From positions 23,808,001 to 23,872,000 of the forward strand of contig OZ024751.1 of NCBI GenBank assembly GCA_964016885.1: a stretch of DNA of 64,000 nt. Direction: 5' to 3'. This document shows, piece by piece, positions 1 to 13,698 of the stretch (the first letter of the stretch is position 1; every line of letters begins with the position of its first letter). Below the pieces are notes generated by a model, which was given only the letters and a program-made list of their open reading frames with translations, was not told the DNA's origin and searched no databases. This DNA is from Eledone cirrhosa. Taxonomy: Eukaryota. Position numbers and translations under genes: made by a program.

Positions 1-170
1 CTTCGATTCCTTGACTGGGTAGTGTGTTGTATTTTTGAGCAAAACAATTCATTCAACGTTGGTCCAGTATATTCTGCTGAAAATGAGTACCAGCAATACC
101 TGGGAGTTTAAACCCACAAAGGAATAGTGTTCTGTCCAGTGGAGAGTCTGGTACTCTTAGTCGCTTAACG
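1..170 (+). mobile_element. SINE fragment (tRNA-derived, second family), cut by window edge
   Basis: B-box-like TTCGATTCC followed by 'gtgttgtatttttgagcaaaaca...ctgctgaaaatgagtacc', a SINE-core-like sequence. Confidence 0.4.
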
Positions 171-577
171 CCATGGAAACCAGAATAACAACCGACCTGG
201 TGATCCTCCGGGTTAAAGACAGGCTATGTTTTAGATTTTGACTATCCTCAAGGGTAATGCATTTACCAACGGCATCTGCCGAAAGATACACATACACACA
301 TACGCACGCACACAAACACATACACACATGGACAAAGACACGTACACACACACACGCACACTATTTATATATATATATATTGTTATACTTGGGGAGGGTC
401 ATATTGTTGTAATAATATTGCCAGAAATAATAACAGAACACACTAACTGATTGGTTGGTTTTCGCTTCTGTATCTTTTATATATCTCCATAGTTAATTTA
501 TTTGGCAATCAACGTTTATCATTGATTGACCAACGGTTAAAAATACAGATATAAATATATATATATATAGTCTATAA

Positions 578-617
578 AAGTTCTTTCGTTGCACATCTGC
601 AACATCATCAGTGGTAC
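578..617 (-). ncRNA. Partial hammerhead ribozyme motif
   Basis: Minus strand: CUGAUGA-U-GUUGCA-GAUG-UGCAAC-GAAA-GAACUU. Stem II is good but the 3' arm of stem I is missing. Confidence 0.35.
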
Positions 618-717
618 TATTATGTTTCCTCCTGTTGTATTGTATGTCTACGCCATTTTTATTTTAAACACAGACACCAAACGTTATACACACACGCAAA
701 CGCATGACGGAGAGAAG

Positions 718-719
718 AA

Positions 720-778
<59 letters not shown>

Positions 779-780
779 AA
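718..780. repeat. (AAAT)n microsatellite
   Basis: Direct reading. Confidence 0.95.
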
Positions 781-1360
781 TAGAGTTACGGTCCTTTACT
801 ATCTAAGTTCAAACTCCGCCAAGGTTAACTTTGCTTTTCATCCTTGTGGGGTTCATAAAATAAAGTACCAGTAACTGGGATCGATTTGATTGACTTTCCA
901 CTCCCCCAAAATTAGTGGCCTTGTGCCTATACTAGAAATCATTATTTTGTGGAGCGGCAGTATCGGTAGTGGGTCGGACGCCATGCTTTGCAACATAGAG
1001 TTACGGCCCTTTATGGTCTAAGTTCAAATCCCGCCGAGGTTAACTTTGTCTTTCATCCCTACGGGGTCAATAAAATAAAGTACCAGTCACGCACTGGGGT
1101 CGATTTAATCGACTTTCCCCTACCTAAAATTTCTGGCCTTGTGCCTATATAAGAAACCATTATTTTGTATAAGGGCGGTGAATTGGCAGTATCGGTAGAG
1201 GGTTGGACGCCATGTTTTCTAACATAGTTACGTCCCTTTACAGTCTGAGTTCAAATGCCGTCGATGTTAACTTTGCCTTTCATCCTTACGGGGTCGATAA
1301 AATAAAGTACCAGTAATGTACTGGTATAATTGCTGGCCTTGTGCCAAAAGTAGAAACAAT
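781..1360 (+). mobile_element. Three head-to-tail copies of a tRNA-derived SINE with a Nin/Deu-like core
   Basis: A-box TGGCAGTATCGG, B-box GTTCAAATCC, core 'ctttgcctttcatccttacggggtcgataaaataaagtacc', 3' end 'ggccttgtgcctatantagaaac'. The first copy is 5'-truncated. Confidence 0.85.
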
Positions 1361-1539
1361 TATATATATTAGTAGATGATTTCTAATTTAGGCACAAGAG
1401 CAGCTCTTTCGGGAAGAGGGAAAATCAATCATATCGACTCCAGTGCCTAAGTGGTACTATTTTTTATCGATCAGAGAAGAATAAAAAGCAAAATTAAAAT
1501 CTGAGTGATTTGTACTGAGAAGGTAACGTACCGTAACTG

Positions 1540-1601
1540 ATGCTCTCTTACATATCCATGGTTCTCACCATTTTTTTATAATGGTGGTGGTTGTGGTGGT
1601 T

Positions 1602-1633
<32 letters not shown>

Positions 1634-1795
1634 GGTAGTAGTAGTAGTAGTAGTAGTAGTGATAGTAGTAGTAGTAGTAGTAGTAGTAGTTTGTGTGATG
1701 CTCTCTTGCATATCCAGTGCTCTTACCATTTTTATATACTGGTGTTGGTGTTGGTGATGGCGGTGGTGGTGAAAGTAGTAGTTGTAGTAGTAGTT

Positions 1796-1849
<54 letters not shown>

Positions 1850-1850
1850 A

Positions 1851-1902
<52 letters not shown>

Positions 1903-2007
1903 TTGTGTGATGCTCTCTTGCATATCCAGTGCTCTTACCATTTTTATATACTGGTGTTGGTGTTGGTGATGGCGGTGGTGGTGAAAGTAGTAGTTGTAGT
2001 AGTAGTT

Positions 2008-2064
<57 letters not shown>

Positions 2065-2065
2065 A

Positions 2066-2096
<31 letters not shown>

Positions 2097-2189
2097 TTGT
2101 GTGATGCTCTCTTGCATATCCAGTGCTCTTACCATTTTTATATACTGGTGTTGGTGTTGGTGATGGCGGTGGTGGTGAAAGTAGTAGTT

Positions 2190-2246
<57 letters not shown>

Positions 2247-2339
2247 TCACTGCTGGTAGTATTGGTGCTATCAGTAGTCGCGATGGTGGTGTTAGTGGCG
2301 GTAGTAGTGGTAGCAGTGATGTTGTTGTTGTTGTTGTTG

Positions 2340-2375
<36 letters not shown>

Positions 2376-2697
2376 CTAGTAGTAGTAGTAGCACTGGAGG
2401 TAGTAGTAGTGGTGTTGGTGGTATTAGTTGTAGTGATGGTGCTGCTGGTGGTGATGGTAGTAGTAGTAGTAGTAGTGGTAGTAGTAATAGTAGTAGCAGT
2501 AGTGTTAGTAGTAGCACTACTGGTAATATTGGTGGTGGTGGTCTTGGTAGTAGTAGTGATGGTAGTGGTGGTGGTAGTAGTGGTGTTGTTCTTGGTGGTG
2601 GTAGTAGTAGTAGCACTGGAGGTAGTAGTAGCGGTGGTAGTGGTGATGGTGGTACTTGTGGTGGTGTTGGTAGTAGTGGAAGTACTGGTAGTAGTAG
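1540..2697. repeat. Tandem ~175-210 bp units (unique spacer plus (GTA)n), grading into GTA/GGT low-complexity DNA
   Basis: 'tgatgctctcttgcatatccagtgctcttaccatt' recurs at ~1540, 1697, 1908 and 2103. Confidence 0.9.
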
Positions 2698-3062
2698 GGA
2701 AGGAAAAATATAAAAAAATGGCATTGCTGTTTTAAATGAAAACGCGACAAAGCATAAAGGACGCTAACGAGCAAGGTATGGGCGCTATCCTTTCCTTAGA
2801 AAGTGTTTTGATCAATGTTATTTCTTGTATTTTTGTATCATTGCTGCAAGTATTGAATAATTTGATGATTTTTGATGAGTATCAATAGAAAGCTCAGATA
2901 TTTCAAGATTGATTACTTAAAGATAGTTTCTTAAACTGGAGCCCAATTAATCTAACCACTATTAAGTGAAAATGCTTCATTTAATTTCCCATTAGAACTG
3001 ACAGCATGCTTTTGATCATATATAACAATGCATTGTCATGGTAATGAAAAGTCCCAATTAGT

Positions 3063-3063
<1 letters not shown>

Positions 3064-3113
<50 letters not shown>
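3064..3113. repeat. (AG)n microsatellite
   Basis: Direct reading. Confidence 0.95.
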
Positions 3114-3116
<3 letters not shown>

Positions 3117-6100
3117 CTTTGTGTTTCTGGGGATATTGTTCGAAAAATTAAAAAAACAACATTTTTCTCGTTAGTGAAGTTCCGGCCCTCAGGGTAAAAA
3201 TGTTTTAAGCTTTTCGATTGATTGATAGAATGTTTGGAATGTAAAAAGTAGAATGAAGAATTCAAATTCCATAAACGATTTTAGCATTCCACTTCGTTAA
3301 TTTCTCTGATAGTTATTATGTAGACATAGGCACCAGAAATTGTCAAAGCTAACTTTAGAAAATTACCCTTGTCAATCTTAGCTCTATTAGGCTAAATGCT
3401 ATCCAATCAAAATTTGCATCGTCTATACTTACCGAAATGTTGTCTTTTGATTTTATTATAGTTATCTCCCTTGCATATTGTCTAAAACTTTAAACCTCAG
3501 TTGGAAGGAGAATCTATCGTCTACTAATTGCATGGGAAATCCGAGACAGTCAATTGAGTAACACTAATTTTATGGCAGGTGGGTAAACTGGTCGATTACA
3601 AGTTAACCACTTGATTGAACTCAAGAATGGATCTTTTGATCTGTGGGAGATGTGAAGTAACAGCCCTAAGGAGATGGTTTCAGTGTCAATCCCTGGTGTT
3701 GCTGATGGATCGTAATGGATGAATATAAGGACGAAGAGTTTCAGATGAAGAAGGGTATAAGCCCACAATTCAGAAATAAATATTGTCGAAGTGACATTAG
3801 TGTATTGATAGGTTTAGAGAAAGATAGTAGGATTACTGTACTTAAGGCAGTGTTAACGGAAGATTTGAGCCTAAGTATATGGAGGTGTTTGATGCTGATA
3901 TCCAGATAAAAAAGTTGAATGATACAGGCTGTGTGAACGTATTCATCTGTAGATATCATCTAAAGGAGAGGATTAAAAGTAAAAACAGTAACCTTAAGAA
4001 CAGAGCTTGAGAAATATGTTTCTTGGCGAGAAATAGTGTGTGTGTGTATTATCTGAATGTAAGAGGAGATGGGTGAGATCTGTGTTGGAACGAATTTAAT
4101 AGGACGATCCTGTGGGCACCAAAACATAACTAAAAACCACAGCTATGCATTTGGTTTCAAACATGTTTTACGAAATTGACTCAATTGATTTACCTCTAGG
4201 AAAAATATATTTTAGCGCAGGAACCTTACTTTAGATATAAGCTATCGCAAAAATATTAAGCAAGTAATACTACTTGCTTAATATTAACAATTAAAAAACA
4301 ATTAAAAATATAGATAATCTGAATATTCGTTCATGCTTTGATAATTTCTTACATTTAATTAAATTTCAAGAAACAAGAAGATATGTTAATAGCTATATGA
4401 AAAAATATTAATGACAAATTTGTTTCATATATTTATCAACATTAACGTATGGTTGTTGTCAGAATTAATATTTAGTTTTATTCTGTGCATCCAACTATGG
4501 TTTAAACTGAAATCTCAACGAATCTTATTTGCCTTTCACTCATCTAGTATATGTTATGCTTGTAATGTTTACTCGAGTCGCCTTCAGTGTTTCTGCAAAA
4601 CAAGATAAAACAACAAAAACAAAACAATTAAAAATTATCATAATATTAACAAACATGAAAATAGAATCTGGTTAAAGATAAAATAAATGAAATTGGCAAT
4701 GTGAAATTATATCATTTCATTAATACAGAAAAATATGACTGTAAAATGTATCATATGTTGTCATATATTCTATAGAATTGGTCGTATATAACATCGTTTC
4801 CATTTTACATCAATTGCAGTATATAATTAGATTCTATAGTATAACAATAAGTTACACAAGATAAGTTTAAAACATTAGTAATTATAAACTTAAAATACTT
4901 TATGAGAATATAAAACCAAGATTAAGATGTCAATTGTAACCCCAAAGACCCTAACAGAGATCACAACACATTGTATCAGTCTAACAATAATTATATATTA
5001 AAATATGTTTAATCACTTGTTCTGATCAAAATCTTGATTGAGTCGATGTAACGACTCTGGTTTCTCTGTAAAATATTAATATATATTTTGACTATAAGGG
5101 CAAAGTTGATTCAATCAACCTTAGTACTTAAATGGTACTGTTTTTCTTTTCAACTTAGAAAATATTACTACATAATTTGCTCTCTATTTATTAACTTCAA
5201 CCCAATTTCGGATTTCCTTGATAGAATAGACGGGAAATATTCTTCGAGTCTAAAAGTATGATAGGAAATTAATTCATCTTGTGAATGTTCGTATATCTGA
5301 TTTTATAATCCGTTTCATTATATGAAGTAATCAGGAGAGAGGAAAACAAATGTAATTGGTATCGGCTTATTATTTTAAATTTGATCTCTATGCTGCTCAA
5401 ATATCATATATTATTAAATAAAAAAAAATGTCATGTTGTCTCGTCAGATTTATAATCAAACATGCCATGCCAATCCCTGCGAATAATCAACCAATGTTTG
5501 CTAGAAAATATGTTTTTACTATTGCAGTTACTATTACATCTAAAATTTCTTTGAAATTAATTGATAAATGCTGTTCGGATATTAGTTTTCAATCACACCC
5601 TCCAGTGAAATACTATTTCAAAAGTTATATGAAAGTTTAAATTAACATAAAAGCGGATGAGAATAGATTTAACCAACGTAAATCTGCCATTTCTGCTTAA
5701 ACGTTCCTCAGGCGCCTCGGTGTGATCTTTGACCATGATAGAATGTCGTAAGCATCACTGAAATTTATCATCAGCATATCATTGGATTCCCTTCTTTCAG
5801 ATATATTGGCTGTGCTCCAATTTCCTTTATATTCTTAGACCAAAGGAGATGCATTACATCTATATTGTGATTAATGTATTTCAGCTATTGTAGTGCTATC
5901 GGAGGGCATCAGGGCAAGATACGTTTACGTTGAGAAAGATTTATATTAATGATCTTAACCTCTAAACGGTAAATTAGGGAATATATTTGAGGAAGTTTGG
6001 TTGTTAACATTTTTGTGAATGTTGTTTTGCTTTTAAGATAAACGAAAGATATTATAACAATTTATGCATGTTTTGAGTGAATGTCCTTATACAAAGTAAT

Positions 6101-6193
6101 AACTTTATAACATGGCATATATTGAAACTATCTATGTTCTCCAAAATTACTCTGTAAAAATGTTTTGTTAATACCTTGCCTCTTGGCTAAATA

Positions 6194-6325
6194 ATTGTTT
6201 CTACTATTGGCACAAGGCCAGCAATTACCCAGTATATTACTGGTACTTTATTTTATCGTCCTCGTAAGGATGAAAGGCAAAGTTATCCTCGGCAGGATTT
6301 GAACTCAGAATGGAAAATGAACGTA
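6194..6325 (-). mobile_element. tRNA-derived SINE copy (5'-truncated)
   Basis: Reverse complement of the 781-1360 family. Confidence 0.8.
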
Positions 6326-6851
6326 AATAACATGGACAAATTAGATAATGTATCAGATAACGAAGACGGTAATTAACCACTGCAATCTATAGCTCCTAAA
6401 TAATTTATTATCTGATGGCAAACCCAATAACAACCGTTGGTTATTATTCCGTTTTGCTACCCTAAAGTTAATAACTTTTCCGGTAGATGTGATTACGTCA
6501 AGATACCGATCTATAATTGGTTACTGAAAAAGTTTAAATCTGAAGATAATAATGAGCAGGAAAGTTGGTAAACACCTCATAACACGAAACAAGTTAATTA
6601 CATTTCTTGGAAAATATATTTCTCCCGGTCTTATTTTACACTAAATCTTACATATGTATTTATATAAATAATTAGAAGAGAAAAAATAATAATGAAGCAC
6701 CGACCAGTTAATCAGTTCGGAAGAAACATCAACGAGTATAAGTATGTTAATGAATGCATTCATTTAGTCTGAAACTGTATATTATATTTGGAAAGCAGAC
6801 ATTAATCAACTGTCAGTCAACATCATACACACTCTGGGCAAATATCACACA

Positions 6852-6888
<37 letters not shown>

Positions 6889-7177
6889 TCATATCAATTA
6901 ATGTCATTATATGATATTAAGAAAAATATAAATCTGATATCAAACATTTCATTGCTAATATGTGAATTTTTGACAGATTAAACAAGAAAAATTAATAGTG
7001 ATTAAATAAAAGAGTCTTATCTAGGTCCAAGGCCAGCAATCTTTGTTTTATCGACTATGAAAAAATGAATGAAGCTTATCTTGGTGGAATTTGAACCCAG
7101 GACGTAAATTTAGGAAAAAATATCGCAAATCGTTAGTCTGATGCTCTGCCAATCTAACACTCTAAGTAAACAAATAA

Positions 7178-7316
7178 TAGTTTATCATATAGGCACAAGG
7201 CCAGCAATTTTGGGGGAGGAGAAAGTCAATTAAATCGACCCCAGTGCGTGACTGGTACTTTATTTTATCGACCCGTAAAGATGAAAGACAAAGTTAACCT
7301 GGGCGGGATTTGAACA
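7178..7316 (-). mobile_element. tRNA-derived SINE copy (5'-truncated)
   Basis: Reverse complement of the 781-1360 family. A degenerate copy also lies at ~7020-7165. Confidence 0.8.
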
Positions 7317-8625
7317 AAAATTTCCGATCAGTGGGACTTCACAAGATATTGTTATTGGTACAACAATTTCGATATCTTATACAAAAAACTTATTGCAAAA
7401 TATAATCAGTTAGAATGTATTACTTAATGACATATTACTTAATTTATATTAGCAACATGCAGTTCTAATATACGCTCAGACTGCCACTGCTTCTGATCCT
7501 GTATACACAATAATCACCACAATTAAATGGATGATTAGCATGCTACGATAAGAAGTTTCGTCATATAATATATGTATGTATATGTATGTGTATACCTTTC
7601 TTTGTTTGTGTGTTGCTTGCCACTGAGACGCAGCTGGTGGATCGTCGTCGCCCCTCTCGTGCTTTGGTGTGGGTCTGTGTGTGTGTACGTGTATTGCTCG
7701 CCGCTAAGACGTGACCGACCCGTCATCGTGGGCTGTACTGCTGAGCCTTTTTGTATATGTGTGCGTGTGTGGACGTGAGTGTCTGTGCATGTATGTGTAT
7801 GTGATGTGTATGTGTGGACGTGAGTGTGTATGCGGGAGTGTGTGTGCGTGGATGTGTGCGCGTGAGTATGTCTGCGTGTGTTTATGTGTGTATGTGTGTG
7901 TGTGTGTATTAGATTATAATATATTTCGAACTAAAAGATATAAAGGTATAAAGATACTTTTCAAAGTAAAATATGTTTTATAGTTGTATTTTTCTTTAAT
8001 ATTTTCTGTTAATTGCACGAACCAGTTTCTCTATATGTTTAAAAATCATGATGCTACAAATTTAAATCGTTTAGAATGCTGTTTGATGTTGTCAGCACGA
8101 ATGGTTCTTGAAGAAGTATCAGACATTTCGAAATAAAGAGAAACGGAATAGTATTGAGCAGTTTCCTTTCAATGAGATTAATTTTCTTTTTCAATGAAAA
8201 TCGTGTTAATATTGAATAAACTTAGCATTTAGCTTTAACCAAAAATATAGAGTTTCTTTAGTGGAATACTCCAGACGACTTCCGGATAATGACAATGCGG
8301 GAATGTTGCAGCTGAATAAAAACAAAAAGCAAAACAGAACCAAACAAAAAACAAAGCAACAAAAATTTAAGAAAAGATAAAAAAGAAGATATATTTCTTA
8401 TAATCCTGTGGGTGTATTATCAAAGACAAACCAGGTGTAATTATTGGTTACGTTGAAAATAGGAATATTTGATGAATTGTATTGAATTAAATATGACGTA
8501 AAAATATATAGTGTCATAACAAAATGATAGCGTTTATTATAGATCAACTTGTGGCAGACGACACTCAACATGGAGTAAATCAAGTAAAGTTTACACAAAT
8601 TAAAACTTGTTTGTGATCTTCGATA

Positions 8626-9040
8626 GGCCCCAGTTTTATTGGAAGAAAAATACCACAATATCTGGTATACACAGCTTCTATTAATTTGTAGGTCACAGTT
8701 TTATTGGTGAAAATACCACAATATCTTTTATACACAGCTTATATTAACGTGTAGGCCATAGTTTTATTGTGGATATACCACAATACGCGATATACACAGC
8801 TTCTAATAACTCGTAGGCCACAGTTTTATTGTGGATATACCACAATACACGATCTCCACAGCTTCTAATGACTCGTAGGCCACAGTTTTACTGGAAGAAA
8901 AATACCACAATATCTGCTTCTAATAGCTTCTATTACTGTGTAGGGCAGAGCTTTACTGGTTGATATACCACAATATCCGATTCTGTCTCTATCAACCTGG
9001 AGGCCGCAGTTAACTGGCGGAAATATAACAATATACGGTA
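8626..9040. repeat. Minisatellite, ~62 bp unit, ~7 diverged copies
   Basis: Repeating 'ggccacagttttattg...ataccacaata...acacagcttcta'. Confidence 0.85.
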
Positions 9041-9692
9041 TATTCATCTAAAACGTGTAGACCGATGCATGTCTTGAGTGATGTTTGCCTTTAATCAAAT
9101 AAACTTACTCAGATACAGCGAAGGATAGCGTGTTAGGCTCTGAATCTATTAAGGTATAGAAAGGAGACGGCAAAACTTCTAATCTTCCACAAAACACCTT
9201 GCCTAGGCTTGCGCACAGGAGGGGAGCATTCCCGGTGTAAATCCGCCAGTCATGGACAAACGGGACCTGTTATTACTCTGAAACACAACATATTAAAAGC
9301 TTTCAAATTGATGTATCTTGGGCTCCATATACTAGTGACGACGCGTTTAAATATATCCTTTATTTCCCGAAGAACATTGAATATCAAAGTTATCCTCTCT
9401 TCTGAAATTAGTTTCTATGTATTGCCTCTCAAGTATACCAAGCGGAACGTAATAAAATTGGGTATATGGTACCATAACTTGTGAAGAAGTCGTTAAGGTA
9501 ACGTATTGACATAGGGCGTTTCTAGGCTAATTTTTAAACTTTGCACCCATAAACTTGCATATCTGACGAGATGTCGAAGATGTGTCATGTCCCTCCACCT
9601 TGGTTGTACCCTGAGCTGATCGATATCGATACAATTCTAAAATGCAAATAAAGTTTGTATATATGCAGCAGCTCTGCCTTCGATTCTTTTAA

Positions 9693-9774
<82 letters not shown>

Positions 9775-12636
9775 AGGGGCCATTGTCAACAACAGATGGT
9801 GGTACTCTCTCAAGAGGGCAGTTAGATTAGACTCGATAGTTTTTAGTAAAGAATTAGCGTTAGATAGAAATAGAACCAAGAAGGAACTGGTAGATAAAGT
9901 AGAAGAGGCAATTAAAAGTGGCAACGTAGCCAGCGTGCTAGCAACGAGAACGGCCTTGGACCAGTTCTTCGACGCAAAGCACGAGGGCTGCGTTGTCAGA
10001 AGCAAAATACGTGCTCTGGGAAACGAGGGAGCCAAAGCTGTTAGCTGGGCCCGAGTGACGGAGGCAAAAAGTGGCAACAAGTCCACGATTCGGTCTTTGA
10101 AGGACCAAAACGGACGCGTGATACGTGAGCCGAAGCAGATGTGTGCGGCTTTTCAGCGGCACTTTGCTCGGCTGTTCGGGGGGAGCGGCGCGCCGGGAGA
10201 GGCTATGGATTTCGGTCCATACCTCGACGGCCTACCGCGACTCTCGGACGGCGAGGCGAAGTTCTGCGAAAAGCCGATTTCAGCCACTGAGATAGGGGAC
10301 GCGCTGAGCCAATGCGGCAAACGCAAATCTCCAGGTCTCGACGGTCTACCCTACGAATTTTACGTAGCAATGCCGGACTTATTCTCCGGTCTCCTGGAAG
10401 CGGTCTACTGCAACTGGCAACAGAACGGGAGAATTCCCAGTTCTGTAACCGGGGGCGTGGTCACACTAATCAGGAAGGACGAGAATAAGGGGGATGACAT
10501 AGGCAACTTCCGGCCCATAACTCCGCTAAACACAGAGTTACAGATTTTGGCCAAGGTGTTGGCAAAGAGGCTGGCGCTTGTCGTCGAGAACCTGGTGGGA
10601 GAAGCGCAGACATGCGCGATTCCGACCAGGTCCATACACTACAACCTCCACCTCATGCGATACATCATAGAGAGGGTAGGGTGTAAACCCGGCTTCGGTG
10701 GGGCCCTGATCAACTTGGATCAGTCTAAGGCTTTCGATAGGGTTGACCATCGTTACCTGGATGCGGTGCTCGAGGCGGCAGGCTTCGGACCCGTGTTCAG
10801 GGGCTGCATTGCTGCAATGCACAACAGCAACATCTGCTCAAGGGTCAAGGTGAACGGTTACCTCTCGGAGCCGTTCCATATTACGCGATCCATTCGACAG
10901 GGATGCCATCTCTCCTCTCTTCTGTACGTACTGACTCTCGAGCCACTACTGCAGAAGCTGGAGTTATTGCAGGGCATCCCTCTGGAACCGGGACTGCGGA
11001 AAGCGGCGTCGGCCTACGCCGACGACGTGACAGTAATGGTGTCGAGCGCCTCGCAAATCGAGGAAGTCGGCACCTTACTGGAGGAATACGAAAGTCTCAC
11101 AGGAGCGAAGCTGAACCGGGACAAGTCCATCGGTTTGCAACTCGGATTGTGGAGAGGCAGACCGATGCCTTCCGATGGCGTCGTCGGACGCTGAACGGAA
11201 GGACCGGTAAAGCTGCTCGGGGTCTGGTTTGGTCCGGACCTCCAGGTGGAGAAGAACTGGAACGAAGTGATGGCCAAGGTGTTTGCACTCACCCAGAAGT
11301 GGGCCGAGTGCAAACTATCCTTGAAAGGTCGAGCGGAGGTGGCGAACACTTTTATAGCGTCCGCCATCTACTACCGCTTGACCGTCGTGCCTTTTCCAGC
11401 CAAAACGCTCGCCAAAATGGAGCGCGCGCTCTTCCGATTCCTTTGGAAGAGGCGGGCTCCTTTGGTGAGAAGATCCATCTGCTGCCAACACCCTTCTAAC
11501 GGAGGGCTGGGGATGCCGTGGTTGACGATGCGCAAACACGCGCTCAGGCTGCGGCATCTCTACGTATTCCTCACCGGACAACCGGTGTGGGCCCCGTTCG
11601 TGAGGCGAGCCTTCCCACGACTCGTCTCGCTGACCGAGCTGCAGTCCTGGGTCAAGCAGAGACCGAGGAAAATGGGCGACTGGCACATCGAATGTGCTCA
11701 GGCGCTCACAGCCCTCTGGCAGGCGGACCCGGCGATCAGTGGAGACTCCACTTCGTCATTCTATAGAGGGTTGGTCCGCAGCAAGTGCGACGACGCGCTC
11801 GGTGAAACTCTAGGCGTAGAGGAAGATGAACTGGCCAGTCTGTTCGGTAGGACCTTCCGCCCGGGACCGATGGACAACTTCCAAAAGTCCCTGGCCTGGC
11901 AGTGCTACCGAGGAGCTCTACCAGTTCGAGACAAGCTCTACAGACATGGGCGCCCGGGCAGGGACCCTGCAAAAAAGATCTGTCCGAGGTGCGTGCGAGA
12001 CGAAGAAACCGTCGCGCACGCATTCATACACTGCCCGGGCGTCACTGACCTGTGGGGCTATGTAGAACGACTATTGTCTCGGGTGGGACCAATCCAGTTG
12101 ACCACCGAGTCCATTGTCATGATCAAACCGCCACCCTCCTTCAAAAACGAAGGAGAGGCGGTTTTCCTTTGTGTGATAGCTATGGCGAAAGAGGTTGTAT
12201 GGTGGACAAGGTTGAAAGGGCTGAGGTCAGACACCTTTCTCTCCGGCCAACAACTGATTCTTTTTTTCAAATACCACTTTGGAAGAAGAATCAGGATGGA
12301 GAGAGAGGTGCTGTACCCCAGCAAGTTTTATGAAAGGTGAGTGAAAGTGGCGAGAATGGCCCGAGTGAATGGGCCTTCTCTCTATATCAGCCTGTAGGTT
12401 GAGGAAAAGGAGGAGGAGAGGAAAGGAGTACAAGCTCTTCGTACTCCTGGAGATGAGGGTTGCACATTTTTTTTCGGGGGTATGTGTTACCCATATAAAC
12501 TGTCTCCCTCTATTGGGGAAAATCGACTAACTTTTAAATTCCATCTGTGATAACATTTTACACGTTTTTATTGTATGTAAACTTCCCCCTTTGTATTTGT
12601 TCCCTTCTTTTGTGTCCCTGTGGCTAATAAAGAAAT
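9775..12636 (+). mobile_element. 5'-truncated Tx1/L1-clade non-LTR retrotransposon (ORF2 RT plus C-terminal zinc knuckle)
   Basis: Motifs KSPGLDGLP, FRPITPLN, DQSKAFDRV, IRQGC, YADD and CPRC...ETVAHAFIHC. One continuous frame broken by TGA at 11192-11194 and 12338-12340, where Trp would fit. AATAAA at ~12626. (ATCT)n on both sides. Confidence 0.93.
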
Positions 12637-12716
12637 ATATCTATCTATCTATCTATCTATTTCTCTATCTATCTTTCTATTTATTTATCTATCTATCTAT
12701 TTATTCATCTACCCTC

Positions 12717-12790
<74 letters not shown>

Positions 12791-13435
12791 TATATATATA
12801 CGCTTGCAGGACCTAGCTTATGTATTGTGAATTATTTGACAGTACAAGCTTAGACTTGTCCATCCTGTATGATACTCTAGTGTAATACATATTCATGTCA
12901 ATAGCATGCATCTATTTCAATCTTGGAAAACTTTTTAAACGTAACAAAGAATGAGGACACTTATTTTCTATTGATAACAAATAAATGCATACATATTAAT
13001 GTATAACTTTTACTAAATATGTTGATGTTGGTATCACAATGTATGAAAAAGTATTTTGTATGGATTTCACACAATTCTTAATGTCATTTCTATGGAGTAT
13101 GAAACGGAAATATTTGTTTAACTTAACAATTGAAACATTTGAAATTACTGTGTATTTTGTGGGATTGTGTTAGCAAATATCAGTTCAATAACATTAAAAA
13201 CATGGATAAACAAACACAAATAGCGGTGAAGATCAATATATCTTGTTAGATTTCAATGGTTAATGAAATAAATATCTGAACCCCTGCAGAACACTGCTGA
13301 TTGTTTACGTAATTAATCGAAATCAGATTTCCTAGAAGGGTTTATGAAATTCATCTACTTCAAAGATTGAAGAGAACCTGGATTGTTTCTGTCCCCGCAA
13401 AGAATATTTTTTAGATTTAATATTTCTCAGCCCAA

Positions 13436-13625
13436 GGGTGGTGGATTGGAAGTATCGGTAGATTGTCGGACAACATACTTTATAGCATAGGCTTACGCCT
13501 CTTTACCATCTGAGCTTAAATGTAAATCGTGCGGAGGTTAGCTTTGCCTTTCATCCTTACGGGATCGATAAAATAAAGTATCATTAATGCGCTGGGGTCG
13601 AGTTAATCGAATTTACTCTTGCCCA
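13436..13625 (+). mobile_element. tRNA-derived SINE copy
   Basis: Similar to the 781-1360 family. Confidence 0.75.
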
Positions 13626-13667
13626 TTTATGTATGTATGTATGTATGTATGTATGTATGTATGTATG

Positions 13668-13698
<31 letters not shown>

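Noticed and set aside
1691-2774. Long poly-Val/Ser/Thr/Leu ORFs
   Set aside because: Translations of (GTA)n/(GGT)n repeats, open in several frames on both strands
8626-9040. Regularly spaced repeats resembling a CRISPR array
   Set aside because: The whole unit is homologous with no unique spacers; eukaryotic context and no cas genes
11192-11194. In-frame TGA in the LINE as selenocysteine or programmed readthrough
   Set aside because: Context fits a mutated Trp codon; no SECIS recognised; the element is 5'-truncated anyway
9763-12433. Overlapping alternative-frame and antisense ORFs in the LINE
   Set aside because: Shadow ORFs of GC-rich RT coding sequence
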